Below are positions 18,861 to 30,783 of a stretch of 64,000 nucleotides of DNA, one piece after another (within the stretch, counting starts at the first letter, position 1; the number at the start of each line of letters is the position of its first letter). Under the pieces are notes generated by a model. The model was not told where the DNA came from and did not search any database. It saw only the letters and a program-made list of their open reading frames with translations. The position numbers and the translations under genes were made by a program. This DNA is from Thermodesulfobacteriota bacterium (lineage in GTDB: Bacteria; Desulfobacterota_D; UBA1144; Nemesobacterales; UBA2774), in NCBI GenBank assembly GCA_963422265.1, contig OY729416.1, positions 1,408,001-1,472,000 on the forward strand. The letters run 5' to 3'.

Positions 18861-19724
18861 TTAATCGCTTTTAGAAGACTTTTGCCTTAAAGCCGCCGCG
18901 ACGACAAGCTCTTCCCTCAAAAGATCAACATCATCCCTTTCTATTGCATACTCAATTTTAGCAAAAGATTTCTTGAATGTGCCTATTGCTTCTAAAACAT
19001 CTTTCTTATTCGCAAAAAATATATCTACCCACATGTCCGGTGAGCTTGAAGCTACTCTGGTATAATCGTTCAGTCCTCCACCTGCGAAATCCATTAAAGT
19101 CTCTGACTCTTCTGAAGATATTACTGATTTAATAAGCGAATACGCAACTACGTGAGGCAAGTGGCTAACAAGACTAAATACGCGGTCGTGCGCATCAGCA
19201 CTCATCTTAAAGACCTGGCATCCAGCGGCTTCCCATAGTGAGATGATCCTGCTTAAAACAAAAGGGCTAGTTTTATCAGTGGGCGTTAAGATACATCTCT
19301 TGCCACTAAAAAGGTTAGGGTTAGCATATCTAACTCCTGAATTTTCAGTTCCCGCAATGGGGTGTCCCCCGATAAAATTTACGTGATCAGGTATAACGCC
19401 TTCTACACCCCTTACTATGCTGCCTTTTACGCTTCCCGTATCCGTTATTACGGCATCTTGTCCAAGAAACTGTGATAGCGATTTAATAACCTTAACAATA
19501 CTGCCTACGTGCGTTGCTACAACAAATATCTCAGCACTAAGAGCACAGCGATTAAGCTCTTGAGACCCTCTGTCAATCATTCCATTAGCTAAAGCATAAC
19601 ATATAGCTTCACCATCAGTATCAATCCCAATGACGTCCTCAACTTGCCCAGATTTCTTTAATGCCAAGGCTAGCGAGCCGCCGATAAGTCCAAGACCTAT
19701 TATCGCAACGCTCTTAAACAACAT
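18861..19724 (-). CDS. tyrA: Prephenate dehydrogenase
   Basis: GLGLIGGSLA, DTGSVK, GGHPIAGTE, SHLPH. Confidence 0.95.
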   Translation of the reverse strand: MLFKSVAIIGLGLIGGSLALALKKSGQVEDVIGIDTDGEAICYALANGMIDRGSQELNRCALSAEIFVVATHVGSIVKVIKSLSQFLGQDAVITDTGSVKGSIVRGVEGVIPDHVNFIGGHPIAGTENSGVRYANPNLFSGKRCILTPTDKTSPFVLSRIISLWEAAGCQVFKMSADAHDRVFSLVSHLPHVVAYSLIKSVISSEESETLMDFAGGGLNDYTRVASSSPDMWVDIFFANKKDVLEAIGTFKKSFAKIEYAIERDDVDLLREELVVAAALRQKSSKSD

Positions 19725-19862
19725 TTTCTCTGTATTCTATCCGCAGATTCACCAAGATAAGAATTAAAAGGGTAAGTATTCTTTGAGATGTTAAGTTATA
19801 ATAGGGAAATTTCAAGGTGTTATATAGCAATCAGAAGTTTGGACTTTATACGTTAATTATTG

Positions 19863-20951
19863 TCACTTATTCAACACCTTTCTCAATGCTTTTATGAACT
19901 TCTCATTCTCTTCAGGTAAGCCAATCGTAACCCTAAGGTGCGTCTTTAATCCGTATGCCCCGACGGGTCTTACAATAACCCCTTCTTTCAGAAGGCTGTT
20001 ATAAATCGGCATAGGGTCCTCTTGCAAGTCTATCAATACGAAATTAGCGAATGAGGGCGTATAGGAAACGCTTATCTGCTCAAGCTCACCTTTTACATAT
20101 CTTAGACCTTCAAGGTTGAGCCTTTTGGACCTCTCTACGTAAGCAGTATCACCAAGAGCGGCTATACCGGCAATCTGAGCAAAGAAGTTGACGTTAAAAG
20201 GGTGCCTTACCCTATGCATGCCTGATATTATCCCCTCCTGAGCTACTCCATATCCTAGCCGAATACCCGCAAGACCGTAAATTTTGGAAAAGGTTCGGAC
20301 GGTGAGTATTGACTTGCCTGAGTCGTGATAATCAAGGGAATTTGGATATTGAAGGGCATCAACGTATTCAAAATACGCCTCATCTATAACTACCAAGACG
20401 TCCTCTGGAACCTTATCTAAAAACCATTCAAGTTCCTGACGCTCTACCATAGAGCCGGTTGGATTGTTGGGGTTAGCGATAAATACGATTTTAGTCTTAG
20501 GCGTTATGCGCGAGCTCATATCCTCAAGATCGTGCTTATAGTCCGGCATCGGCGATATTATCGCTTTGGCTCCCACGGCTTTTGTAGAGATTGGGTAAAC
20601 GATAAAGGCGTATTCACCCATAACCGCCTCGTCTCCCGGATGCATAAATGCTCTGGCGGCGATATCCAATACGTCATTAGAGCCATTGCCAAAAATAAGC
20701 GTTTCAGGGTTGACCCCGAGCCTTTCCGACACCTTATTTCTTAGATAGAAGGCATCTCCATCAGGATAGAAGTGTGCCTTATTCAGGGCATTCCTAATGG
20801 CGTCCATAGCCAGTGGTGAGGGTCCCGCTGGATTCTCGTTAGAAGCTATCTTGACCGCATCCTTAATCCCTAGCTCGCGCTCCAATTCCTCCACAGGCTT
20901 CCCCGGCTTGTAAGGGATCAAGCCTTCCACGAATATATTCGGTTTTATCAA
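19863..20951 (-). CDS. hisC: Histidinol-phosphate aminotransferase
   Basis: ASNENP, NPNNPTG, DEAY, RTFSKIYGLAGIRLGY. Confidence 0.95.
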   Translation of the reverse strand: MIKPNIFVEGLIPYKPGKPVEELERELGIKDAVKIASNENPAGPSPLAMDAIRNALNKAHFYPDGDAFYLRNKVSERLGVNPETLIFGNGSNDVLDIAARAFMHPGDEAVMGEYAFIVYPISTKAVGAKAIISPMPDYKHDLEDMSSRITPKTKIVFIANPNNPTGSMVERQELEWFLDKVPEDVLVVIDEAYFEYVDALQYPNSLDYHDSGKSILTVRTFSKIYGLAGIRLGYGVAQEGIISGMHRVRHPFNVNFFAQIAGIAALGDTAYVERSKRLNLEGLRYVKGELEQISVSYTPSFANFVLIDLQEDPMPIYNSLLKEGVIVRPVGAYGLKTHLRVTIGLPEENEKFIKALRKVLNK

Positions 20952-21037
20952 TTAATTACCCTATTCTGCTCATTATCCTATTCTTCAAAAAGTCACTTTC
21001 TTTAGCTTATTCAACTGAGCATTGTGAAAGCAATTAT

Positions 21038-22135
21038 TCAGCTGAACTCTACCCTGCTTTGGAGAACTATTTCATCCATTATTTCTCTAATCTTATTTCT
21101 CTTCACTTGTTCCGCAAATATCTCAATGAGTTTTGGAATATTGATCACATCCTCCACAGAGTTCATGTAACGCTGCACTATAGCTTTTATCCCATATAAA
21201 GATTGAGCATTAGATTCTAATCGCTCATAGATTTTTCCTTCTTCCAACTCTGTTTTAATTACAAAGGTGATTGGATATCGTTACACTTTATCAATATCTA
21301 GGAAGTATTTTTTAAAGTCTAACGTTTCAGTCACTTGGAAAAATCTTCCCAATGGTTTCATTACGAAATCAATCCCACCATCATTAGCGTTGGTCCGACC
21401 CGTTTTATACAGCATGAGAGGCTCTTCGTTTAATTCATCTGGTTCCCATCCCCAATATAAAATGGTATCCGCATAATGTGCTTTCAATACAGCGTAACTA
21501 ACAATTTCAAATATCCTTGCATCTATATTTGGTTGGATTTGCTGATTTACAAATTCTATCGCTTTATCAGCATCCTCATCTGGAACCTGTGCAAGCTCCG
21601 ATGTATAAGCGACAAACTGGTCAAAAACCGATCTTTTCGCCTCAACATAGGAATCAATTATTTCAATAATCGCACGGGCAATATTATACTGTTCTCCTCC
21701 AGCAGATATTTTTAGAAGATTTTCGTTTATCCAATATCTTTTAGTAGTAAGGTCTCTTATAATCGGTTGGCACTGAACGTCTGGGAAGAACTTCCTGAAC
21801 TCATCGTTCATTCGGTTGTTTAGTGCGTGATTTTGAAGCCTTTGCCCAAAAGGCAGCTCCCTGATTCGTGTGAATAATTCTGTATAAACAGCCCCTTCAT
21901 ACTCTGAATATAAGTCATCACCATCAGCAAAACCTTGTAATATATAATCTTCTACAAGAGCGTAAATGGTATAATGGTTTGCAAATGCCCCTCTTGATTT
22001 ACTACTACGGTTCGCAGACTTGGTTTTGTTGTTTAAGTATTTTATAAGATAGCTTTTTTCAAAAACCTCTTTGGCATCACCGCCAAAATGATTTTTGAGG
22101 ACGCCTTTTATGACAGAGGTGAATCCATGTTCCAT
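21038..22135 (-). pseudogene. Type II restriction endonuclease with one in-frame nonsense codon
   Basis: ORFs 21281-22135 and 21038-21247 are in one frame: DIDKV-TAA-RYPITFVIKTELEE; GRTNANDGGIDF..FFQVTE nuclease-like motif; follows MTase. Confidence 0.8.
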
Positions 22136-22137
22136 AA

Positions 22138-22998
22138 CTAAAATAACTCAACTTGATTCTCATCTTTTTCCAACCCATTTTTTCTTGTATAGGTTTTATC
22201 TAGCGGCTTGAGTCTTTCGCCATTAAGCTCATCCGTGATATTCAACCTACGCAAACCAATCTTAAAGAAATCTTCCTGGAGTTCGATGCCAATAGATCTA
22301 CGCCCTAGACGTTGAGCAACCGCACACGTAGTGAAAGTTCCAGCGAAAGGATCTAGAACTAAATCTCCTTCGTTCGAGCTCGCGTTAATTATCCTTTCCA
22401 TCAATGCCTCAGGTTTTTGAGATGGATGAACTTCATACTCATCCATCTTATAACGCACCCGTGGAAATTCCCAAACGTTACCCGGCACCTTTTTAGTATT
22501 ATAAATTCTTGGTGTTTTACCTCTATAATCAATAAGACCACGCCTTGCACCCGTTCTTGCTTCAACGAGAATGTCCTCCGCATTGAATGTATAATTAGTT
22601 CTATCTTTGACGCAAAACAAGATTGGCTCCCAAAGGGAGCCATAATATTTTTTAGCCTGTACACTAGAGCTATCATACGACCAGACAATACGGGATAAGA
22701 CGGTTAATTTGTCCCGTAAGTATAAATCTAAATAGGGCATTGCTTGTGTGCTAGTCATTAAATACATCGAGCCACTTGGCTTTAGCTTTTTCAAGCAAAT
22801 GTCAATCCATTCATAGCACCATTCAACATATTCTCTATCACTAGGCCATTTATCATGAAAGCTCACAAAATTTTTTCCGATATTGTAAGGCGGATCAACA
22901 AAGATTAAATCAACCGAAGCATCTGTCACTTGACTGTCAAGCACTTCCCCAGCGTTGTCGTTGATTACTCGACTGAGTTCATTTTCAAGAATCTTCAT
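22138..22998 (-). CDS. DNA adenine methyltransferase, beta class, YhdJ-like
   Basis: DPPY, HPSQKPEAL, DPFAGTFTT; close resemblance to E. coli YhdJ (SRIVWSYDSS.VQAKK, FPRVRY.MDEYE.HP). Confidence 0.92.
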   Translation of the reverse strand: MKILENELSRVINDNAGEVLDSQVTDASVDLIFVDPPYNIGKNFVSFHDKWPSDREYVEWCYEWIDICLKKLKPSGSMYLMTSTQAMPYLDLYLRDKLTVLSRIVWSYDSSSVQAKKYYGSLWEPILFCVKDRTNYTFNAEDILVEARTGARRGLIDYRGKTPRIYNTKKVPGNVWEFPRVRYKMDEYEVHPSQKPEALMERIINASSNEGDLVLDPFAGTFTTCAVAQRLGRRSIGIELQEDFFKIGLRRLNITDELNGERLKPLDKTYTRKNGLEKDENQVELF

Positions 22999-23094
22999 AG
23001 TTAGGCTTTACTATTACCTTTATGTATGGACCTCCACCTATATTTTACCAAACCCAATCCCTGCTTGAAAATACAACTTTACAATAAGAACGCG

Positions 23095-23415
23095 TCAGCT
23101 AACCATTCTTTTAGTAACGTAGCAGCCGTCTTTGAAATCAGCAAAGAATACGGATAAAAATGGGTGGTCTATTGGTTTTGCTGTCTCGTCAGGCTCAAGG
23201 TTCCTTTCAGTCACGTAGGTCACGTGCACAGCTTTGTCCACCAAAACGTGATACCAGGGCTTATTCTTAGGTGGTCTAGAAAGGGCGACCTTATCATACC
23301 ATTCATTGGTATTGTTAAATACTAGGTCAACGTCCACAACCACGCCCCGGTAATCAAACATCTTGTGGTGAACTACTTGTCCTATTGAGAATCTCACGCG
23401 TTTTTCTTCAAGCAT
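23095..23415 (-). CDS. hspQ: Heat shock protein HspQ/YccV
   Basis: FSIGQVVHH..FDYRGVVVDVD, PWYHVLVD, TYVTERNL. Confidence 0.9.
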   Translation of the reverse strand: MLEEKRVRFSIGQVVHHKMFDYRGVVVDVDLVFNNTNEWYDKVALSRPPKNKPWYHVLVDKAVHVTYVTERNLEPDETAKPIDHPFLSVFFADFKDGCYVTKRMVS

Positions 23416-23538
23416 CCTTTTATCATTCTCCGCTTCAAATAGCTATAAACTAATATGATTTGATTATTCTATTATGCTCAGGCTATGATTTCAAGAATAT
23501 AAATTGAGTGTTGATAGGCTAATTGATATAATCTATGA

Positions 23539-26166
23539 GTGATGTCTTCACAGACTCCCATGCTGGAGCAATATAAGAAAATAAAGAAAGAGTATCCGGA
23601 CTCAATACTTTTTTTTCGCCTCGGGGATTTTTACGAAATGTTTTATGAGGATGCTAAAATTGCATCAAGGGTACTCGGTATCGCTTTGACGTCCAGAAAT
23701 AAATCCAAAAAGAACCCGATCCCTCTTTGCGGCGTTCCTCATCATAGCGCTGAGCCTTACCTAGCCAAGCTTCTTAAGGAAGGGCATAAAGTAGCGATAT
23801 GCGAGCAGGTTGATGACCCAAAACCAGCAAAGGGAGTCGTCAGAAGAAAGGTGGTGAGAGTTTTCAGCCCCGGAGTAGTTCTGGACTCAGAACACCTAGA
23901 CTCAAAGTCTAATAATTACCTTGCGAGCATCTACTTAGGCGGTGATCCCCTATCCAATCGGGATCAGGAAAGCGTTTACGGACTAGCTTACGCCGATATA
24001 TCAACGGGATTATTTAGGACTACTTCGTTAGATTCATTAGATGCCCTAGCGGATGAGATATCTAGAATAGAACCCAAGGAGCTCCTCCTTCAGGAAGAGG
24101 TAAGTCAAGACGATAGCCTTCTCTCTTCAATAATCAGAAAAGCTGAGTTGCTGATAACGCCCCTTAATTCATGGATATGGGATAGAGAAAGCGCTAGGGA
24201 ATTATTGCTCGATCACCTCTCAACGCGCACACTTGAGCCGTATGGGCTTGAAGAGAATCCGGAAGCCACAGTGGCGTGCAGCTCATTGGTTCAATATCTG
24301 AAAGACACCCAGCTTGAGGATATGCCCTTACTTAACGACCCTCATCTCTATCAAAAATCCGATTTCCTTATAATCGACGATTCCACAAAGAGGAATCTCG
24401 AAATCCTTCAACCTATTAGGGGAGATTCTTCTGAGGGATCGCTAATATGGGTAATTGACGAGACGCGAACGGCCATGGGCGCGAGGCTCATCAAGGAATG
24501 GCTGAACTACCCCCTTATAGAGAAGCAAAAAATAGAAGAGCGCCTTGACTCCGTGGCAGAGTTTAAAATAAAAACGAGCCTCAGCCTAGAGCTTGAAAGT
24601 GCATTAAAGGAGATTGGGGACATAGAAAGACTCATCGGCAGGATTTCAACGTCATCTGGGAGGCCCAGGGATCTAGCGTCCATAAGGGACTCATCCCACT
24701 TCATAACGAAAATTAGGGACGCTCTAGGCGACGCCGATTCTAGGATTCTAAAAGAGATTGGAAGGACAATCGATAACTTCTCGGACGTAAAAAAGATGAT
24801 TGAAGGAACCATAGTGGAGAATCCACCCGCCTCCGGGCGAGACGGGGGAATAATAAGAGATGGGTTTAACGCTGAGCTTGATGGGCTTAAATCCATAAGA
24901 CGGGATGGGAAAAAGTGGATAGCCAAACTTGAAGCGAATGAAAGAGAGTCAACAGGAATAGGCTCCCTCAAGGTAAGCTACAATAGAGTGTTTGGCTATT
25001 ACATAGAGGTCAGCAAAATAAATCTAAATTCCGTGCCGGAAAGGTATATAAGGAAGCAGACCTTAGTCAACGCCGAGAGGTTCATAACGGATAATCTCAA
25101 GGAGTACGAGGAAAAAATCCTAGGAGCGGAAGACAGGATTATTGATATAGAAAGAGAACTTTTCGATGAGATAAGAAAGCGGGTAGCCAATGAGGCTGAG
25201 CGTATAAGGCGGACGTCATCGCTTATTGCCCAGGTGGACGTGCTCTGTGCTTTTTCGCGAGCCTCTGAGAAGAACGACTACGTGAGACCCATTATAACTG
25301 ACGATAAAGTCATAGAACTTAAAAATAATCGTCACCCGGTGATTGAAAGAATGCGGCTGGGCGAGCGTTTTGTTCCTAACAACATAAAACTCGATCCTAA
25401 TGAGAACCAATTTCTCATTATCACGGGTCCCAACATGGCAGGCAAATCAACGCTTATTAGGCAGGTTGCGCTAACTATACTCATGGCTCAGATCGGGTGC
25501 TTTGTTCCCGCGTCTTATGCGAAGATTGGAATAGCGGACAAAATCTTCAGCAGAGTCGGAGCCTCAGATAATTTGGCAAGAGGGCAATCCACCTTTATGG
25601 TAGAAATGGTCGAAACCGCTTATATACTAAGACACTCAACGGAGAAGAGCCTGGTAATCCTTGATGAGATTGGAAGGGGCACAAGCACTTTTGACGGTAT
25701 GAGCATTGCCTGGGCGGTCGCCGAATCCTTGCACGACAAGGGGTGTAGGACGCTCTTCGCTACTCACTATCACGAGCTCGCCGGGCTTGCTTTATCTAAA
25801 AGTAGGACTAAGAACTACAATATATATGTAAAGAACAGTGGAGATAATATCGTATTTCTAAGAAAGTTAGTTCCCGGCGCCGCAAGCCACAGCTACGGCA
25901 TTCACGTTGCCAAACTAGCCGGAGTGCCAGAGCCCGTTATAAAGTCAGCTCGCAAGATACTATCAAACTTAGAAAAATCTCAATCTGAACTCAGAAACTC
26001 AATTCTCGGCGGACAAACGTCATTGTTTAAGCAAGTGGATGAGAACAAAATGCAGGAGGAACATCCCATAGTAACAGAGATTAGAGAACTAGACGTTAAT
26101 TCTATGACCCCGCTTGACGCTTTAACCAAACTTGCCGAGGTAAAAAAGACATTAGAAAAAACTTAA
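23539..26166 (+). CDS. mutS: DNA mismatch repair protein
   Basis: TPMLEQY, GDFYEMF, TGPNMAGKST, DEIGRGTST. Confidence 0.98.
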   Translation: MMSSQTPMLEQYKKIKKEYPDSILFFRLGDFYEMFYEDAKIASRVLGIALTSRNKSKKNPIPLCGVPHHSAEPYLAKLLKEGHKVAICEQVDDPKPAKGVVRRKVVRVFSPGVVLDSEHLDSKSNNYLASIYLGGDPLSNRDQESVYGLAYADISTGLFRTTSLDSLDALADEISRIEPKELLLQEEVSQDDSLLSSIIRKAELLITPLNSWIWDRESARELLLDHLSTRTLEPYGLEENPEATVACSSLVQYLKDTQLEDMPLLNDPHLYQKSDFLIIDDSTKRNLEILQPIRGDSSEGSLIWVIDETRTAMGARLIKEWLNYPLIEKQKIEERLDSVAEFKIKTSLSLELESALKEIGDIERLIGRISTSSGRPRDLASIRDSSHFITKIRDALGDADSRILKEIGRTIDNFSDVKKMIEGTIVENPPASGRDGGIIRDGFNAELDGLKSIRRDGKKWIAKLEANERESTGIGSLKVSYNRVFGYYIEVSKINLNSVPERYIRKQTLVNAERFITDNLKEYEEKILGAEDRIIDIERELFDEIRKRVANEAERIRRTSSLIAQVDVLCAFSRASEKNDYVRPIITDDKVIELKNNRHPVIERMRLGERFVPNNIKLDPNENQFLIITGPNMAGKSTLIRQVALTILMAQIGCFVPASYAKIGIADKIFSRVGASDNLARGQSTFMVEMVETAYILRHSTEKSLVILDEIGRGTSTFDGMSIAWAVAESLHDKGCRTLFATHYHELAGLALSKSRTKNYNIYVKNSGDNIVFLRKLVPGAASHSYGIHVAKLAGVPEPVIKSARKILSNLEKSQSELRNSILGGQTSLFKQVDENKMQEEHPIVTEIRELDVNSMTPLDALTKLAEVKKTLEKT

Positions 26167-26186
26167 GAATCTAGATACACGTTTTT

Positions 26187-26552
26187 ATGACCAAGAACAA
26201 AAGAGCAACAGGAAAAAGAGGAGAAGATATAGCTTGCAGGTTTCTGAAGAAAGATAGTTATAAAATTTTGCAAAAGAACTTCAGATGCCACCAGGGGGAG
26301 ATTGACCTAATTGCTAAGGATAAAGATGGCGTGCTCTGTTTCGTTGAGGTAAAAGCTAGAAACTCTGAAGATTTCGGACTTCCTGAAGAGTCTATAACCT
26401 ATTGGAAAAGAAAGAAGTTATTATATATCGCCTTAGCTTACATCGAGGTGAAAAAACTTAAATCAAAGGCTATGCGCTTTGACGTGGTGTCCATCAACCT
26501 TGCTAACAATAAAACAACGATTATCAAAAATGCCTTTGATGTTAACGACTAA
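26187..26552 (+). CDS. yraN: YraN family endonuclease-like protein
   Basis: GKRGEDIA, GEIDLIA, FVEVKAR, RFDVV. Confidence 0.92.
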   Translation: MTKNKRATGKRGEDIACRFLKKDSYKILQKNFRCHQGEIDLIAKDKDGVLCFVEVKARNSEDFGLPEESITYWKRKKLLYIALAYIEVKKLKSKAMRFDVVSINLANNKTTIIKNAFDVND

Positions 26553-26598
26553 ACTACACCTCGTATAGACTAAGATGAAAGTTTTTATCAATTCTCCC

Positions 26599-26626
26599 TT
26601 GACACGCATAAATTCATGCATAGTTT
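26599..26626 (+). promoter_or_regulatory. Putative sigma70 promoter of groESL
   Basis: TTGACA-16nt-TAGTTT. Confidence 0.4.
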
Positions 26627-26722
26627 ATATCTGGTATTTCACTAGCCGTAATATAACTTTGATTTTTCACGTTGTAGATAATGGAATATTGAATTACGTT
26701 GAATTAGGGAGGTATTGTATTT

Positions 26723-27010
26723 ATGAAGGTAAGGCCTCTACAGGACAAGGTATTGGTAAAGCGTATAGATGCGCCTGAGAAGACGAAGGGTGGTATAATA
26801 GTTCCTGACACGGCATCTGAGAAGCCGCAGGAGGGTGCAGTAGTAGCAGTGGGGAAAGGAGCGATAACGTCTGAGGGTGGAGTAAGGGCTCTTGACGTTA
26901 AGGAGGGCGACAGGATTTTGTTTAGCAAGTATGGTGGGACGGAGATAAGCATAGAGGGGGAGGAGTATTTGATAATAAGGGAAGAGGAGATATTAGCGGT
27001 AATTGAGTAG
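26723..27010 (+). CDS. groES: Co-chaperonin GroES
   Basis: [32 protein letters not shown]. Confidence 0.98.
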   Translation: MKVRPLQDKVLVKRIDAPEKTKGGIIVPDTASEKPQEGAVVAVGKGAITSEGGVRALDVKEGDRILFSKYGGTEISIEGEEYLIIREEEILAVIE

Positions 27011-27053
27011 GGGGTTAGTGGGGATGGGGATACATCAAGCAAAAGACATTTAG

Positions 27054-28715
<1,662 letters not shown>

Positions 28716-28748
28716 TCGCATAAAAAGACGAAAGCACATGAAGAGAAG

Positions 28749-28782
28749 GCGGCTACTCTTAAAAGGAGCTAGCCGCTTTTTT
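28749..28782 (+). terminator. Intrinsic terminator after groEL
   Basis: GCGGCTACTC..GAGCTAGCCGC followed by TTTTTT. Confidence 0.8.
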
Positions 28783-28795
28783 ATTTGGTTTGTAC

Positions 28796-29716
28796 CTATG
28801 ACAGATTATTGAATTTGTAACCTATAGATTTATAGGCAAGTTTAGCAGCTAAAACGTCAGGAGCCACTATCCCCCCGATTGGAGCTAGTTCTACAATGTC
28901 TAGCCCTATTACTTCACGACTTTGAAACACGCTCTTAATAAGCTCTAACACTTCATACCATCCGAGTCCCCCAGGTTCAGGGGTTCCCGTTCCTGGTGCT
29001 ATAGAAGGATCAAATACATCTATATCTACGCTTATATAAACCTTTGGAAGTAAGCTGGATAGTGCTCTCTCAACCCAAGATTCACTGTCTTCTCTCAAAA
29101 TCTCCCTAGCGTGTATCACATTTATGCGTTCCCCGACTTTAATAAACTCAGCCTCTTCAGAAGAATAACTCCTAATGCCAACTTGCGTAACGGGACACCC
29201 TGTCTCTACAATCCTACGCATAACACAGGCGTGATTTAGTTTTGTCCCCTCATAGAAATTTCTCAGATCACAATGAGCATCTACACTCAAAACTGAAAAC
29301 TCGCAGTGTTTTTCTCGATGTCCAGCTACAACGCCATAGGTAATTAAATGCTCGCCTCCGAGCGCAACGATGAACTTATCCGCGTCCAGGAGGCTCTTGC
29401 ACGTGCGGCTAACATCTCTTATCATGTCTTTGGGCTCAACGTCCAATTCAAGCTCGGAAAGCGTGTGAATACCAACCTTACAAGGCTCGAATCCAAGTTC
29501 ATCGTCGTAAAGTTCAAGGGAGCGTGAAGCGTAAATTATTGAACTTGGACCTCTGGACGTTCCCCTGCCGAATGATACCGTTCTCTCGTAAGGAACTGGC
29601 AATACTACGACTTTTGATCCTTCAAATTGCGAGTCTGGCTCTTGAAGCCCTAAAAAATTATTTGCTAGAAAATTTCCTTTAATCATCTGACCTATGGGGT
29701 TGCTTATGTTACACAA
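28796..29716 (-). CDS. speB: Agmatinase
   Basis: GGEH, DAHCD, DIDVFDP, GTGTPEPGG; start may be ATG near 29686. Confidence 0.93.
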   Translation of the reverse strand: MCNISNPIGQMIKGNFLANNFLGLQEPDSQFEGSKVVVLPVPYERTVSFGRGTSRGPSSIIYASRSLELYDDELGFEPCKVGIHTLSELELDVEPKDMIRDVSRTCKSLLDADKFIVALGGEHLITYGVVAGHREKHCEFSVLSVDAHCDLRNFYEGTKLNHACVMRRIVETGCPVTQVGIRSYSSEEAEFIKVGERINVIHAREILREDSESWVERALSSLLPKVYISVDIDVFDPSIAPGTGTPEPGGLGWYEVLELIKSVFQSREVIGLDIVELAPIGGIVAPDVLAAKLAYKSIGYKFNNLS

Positions 29717-29912
29717 TTATTTAGGAATGTAACAACGTTTTAATGTGTATATAACAATGCGTTAATACTAAAATAGGTTCTACACGCACTAGATGAGACT
29801 AGCTTACTAGTTTGGAATAATTCATAGAGAGTGAAGCCCTCTACTTTCCTTTGACTTAGCATGTTAGTATATTAAAATGCGATAGAATTTTAGAATTCAC
29901 CTTACGCCTACT

Positions 29913-30611
29913 ATGACTAAAGAGAACCCTCATTACATTGGGCATAGAGAAAGGTTGAGGAAGCGGTTTTTGAAATCTGGAGCAGAGGGTTTCCACGATT
30001 ATGAGATTCTTGAGCTTCTTTTAACTTATTCTATTCCGAGAGTGGACGTAAAACCACTTGCAAAAAAATTGTTAGGCCATTTCGGGAGTCTCTCTCGCGT
30101 TTTCGACGCAAGTCGCAAAGAGATTGAGGAGATTCAGGGGCTGGGTTCTGCCTCAGTAACTTTAATAAAACTCGTAAAGGGAGTGGGATCTAAGTATCTA
30201 GCGGAAAAGATGGAAGACAAAGATTTTCTTTCCTGCCCCAGCGCCGTATTTGAATTCTCGCGTTTTGAGCTAGAAGGTCGTTCCCACGAAGCTTTTATGG
30301 TAATTTATCTAAATACGAAGAACAAGGTGATACATCACGAGATTTTACAGGAAGGCGACGTGGACACGGTAGCCGTATATCCGAGAAGAGTTGTTGAATC
30401 GGCACTTTCTCATCACTCTTCAGGGCTTATTCTTGCCCACAATCATCCAAGTGGCAACCCCATTCCCTCGGAAGAGGATAAACGACTTACCAAAGATATC
30501 GCTAGTGCGTCTAGCACGCTAAGCATTAGGGTTTTGGATCACGTCATAGTAGGGAAAGATACCTACTTTAGCTTTGCTGAGCACAATTTATTACCCGCTA
30601 ACGTTGGATAA
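29913..30611 (+). CDS. radC: RadC family JAB-domain protein
   Basis: GHRERLR, HNHPSG....S.ED, LDHVIVG. Confidence 0.93.
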   Translation: MTKENPHYIGHRERLRKRFLKSGAEGFHDYEILELLLTYSIPRVDVKPLAKKLLGHFGSLSRVFDASRKEIEEIQGLGSASVTLIKLVKGVGSKYLAEKMEDKDFLSCPSAVFEFSRFELEGRSHEAFMVIYLNTKNKVIHHEILQEGDVDTVAVYPRRVVESALSHHSSGLILAHNHPSGNPIPSEEDKRLTKDIASASSTLSIRVLDHVIVGKDTYFSFAEHNLLPANVG

Positions 30612-30783
30612 TTGAGTGTCAAGTGCATTTTGAGCTATAACCTAAGCACACGCATTTAGTCTCAGTCCACTTTGCTTGACTAATGCGTCTCTTCTTTTTA
30701 TGATAAACTAACTACTCAGATCGCATAGCGTGTTTCAAACAACACAGGCACTTCGCGAGATGCCCTTTTAGGAGACGCATATT

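Noticed and set aside
21248-21283. Stop-codon recoding or alternative genetic code
   Set aside because: TAA terminates many intact genes in this window; a point mutation is simpler
26553-26722. CIRCE operator upstream of groES
   Set aside because: No TTAGCACTC-N9-GAGTGCTAA-like inverted repeat found
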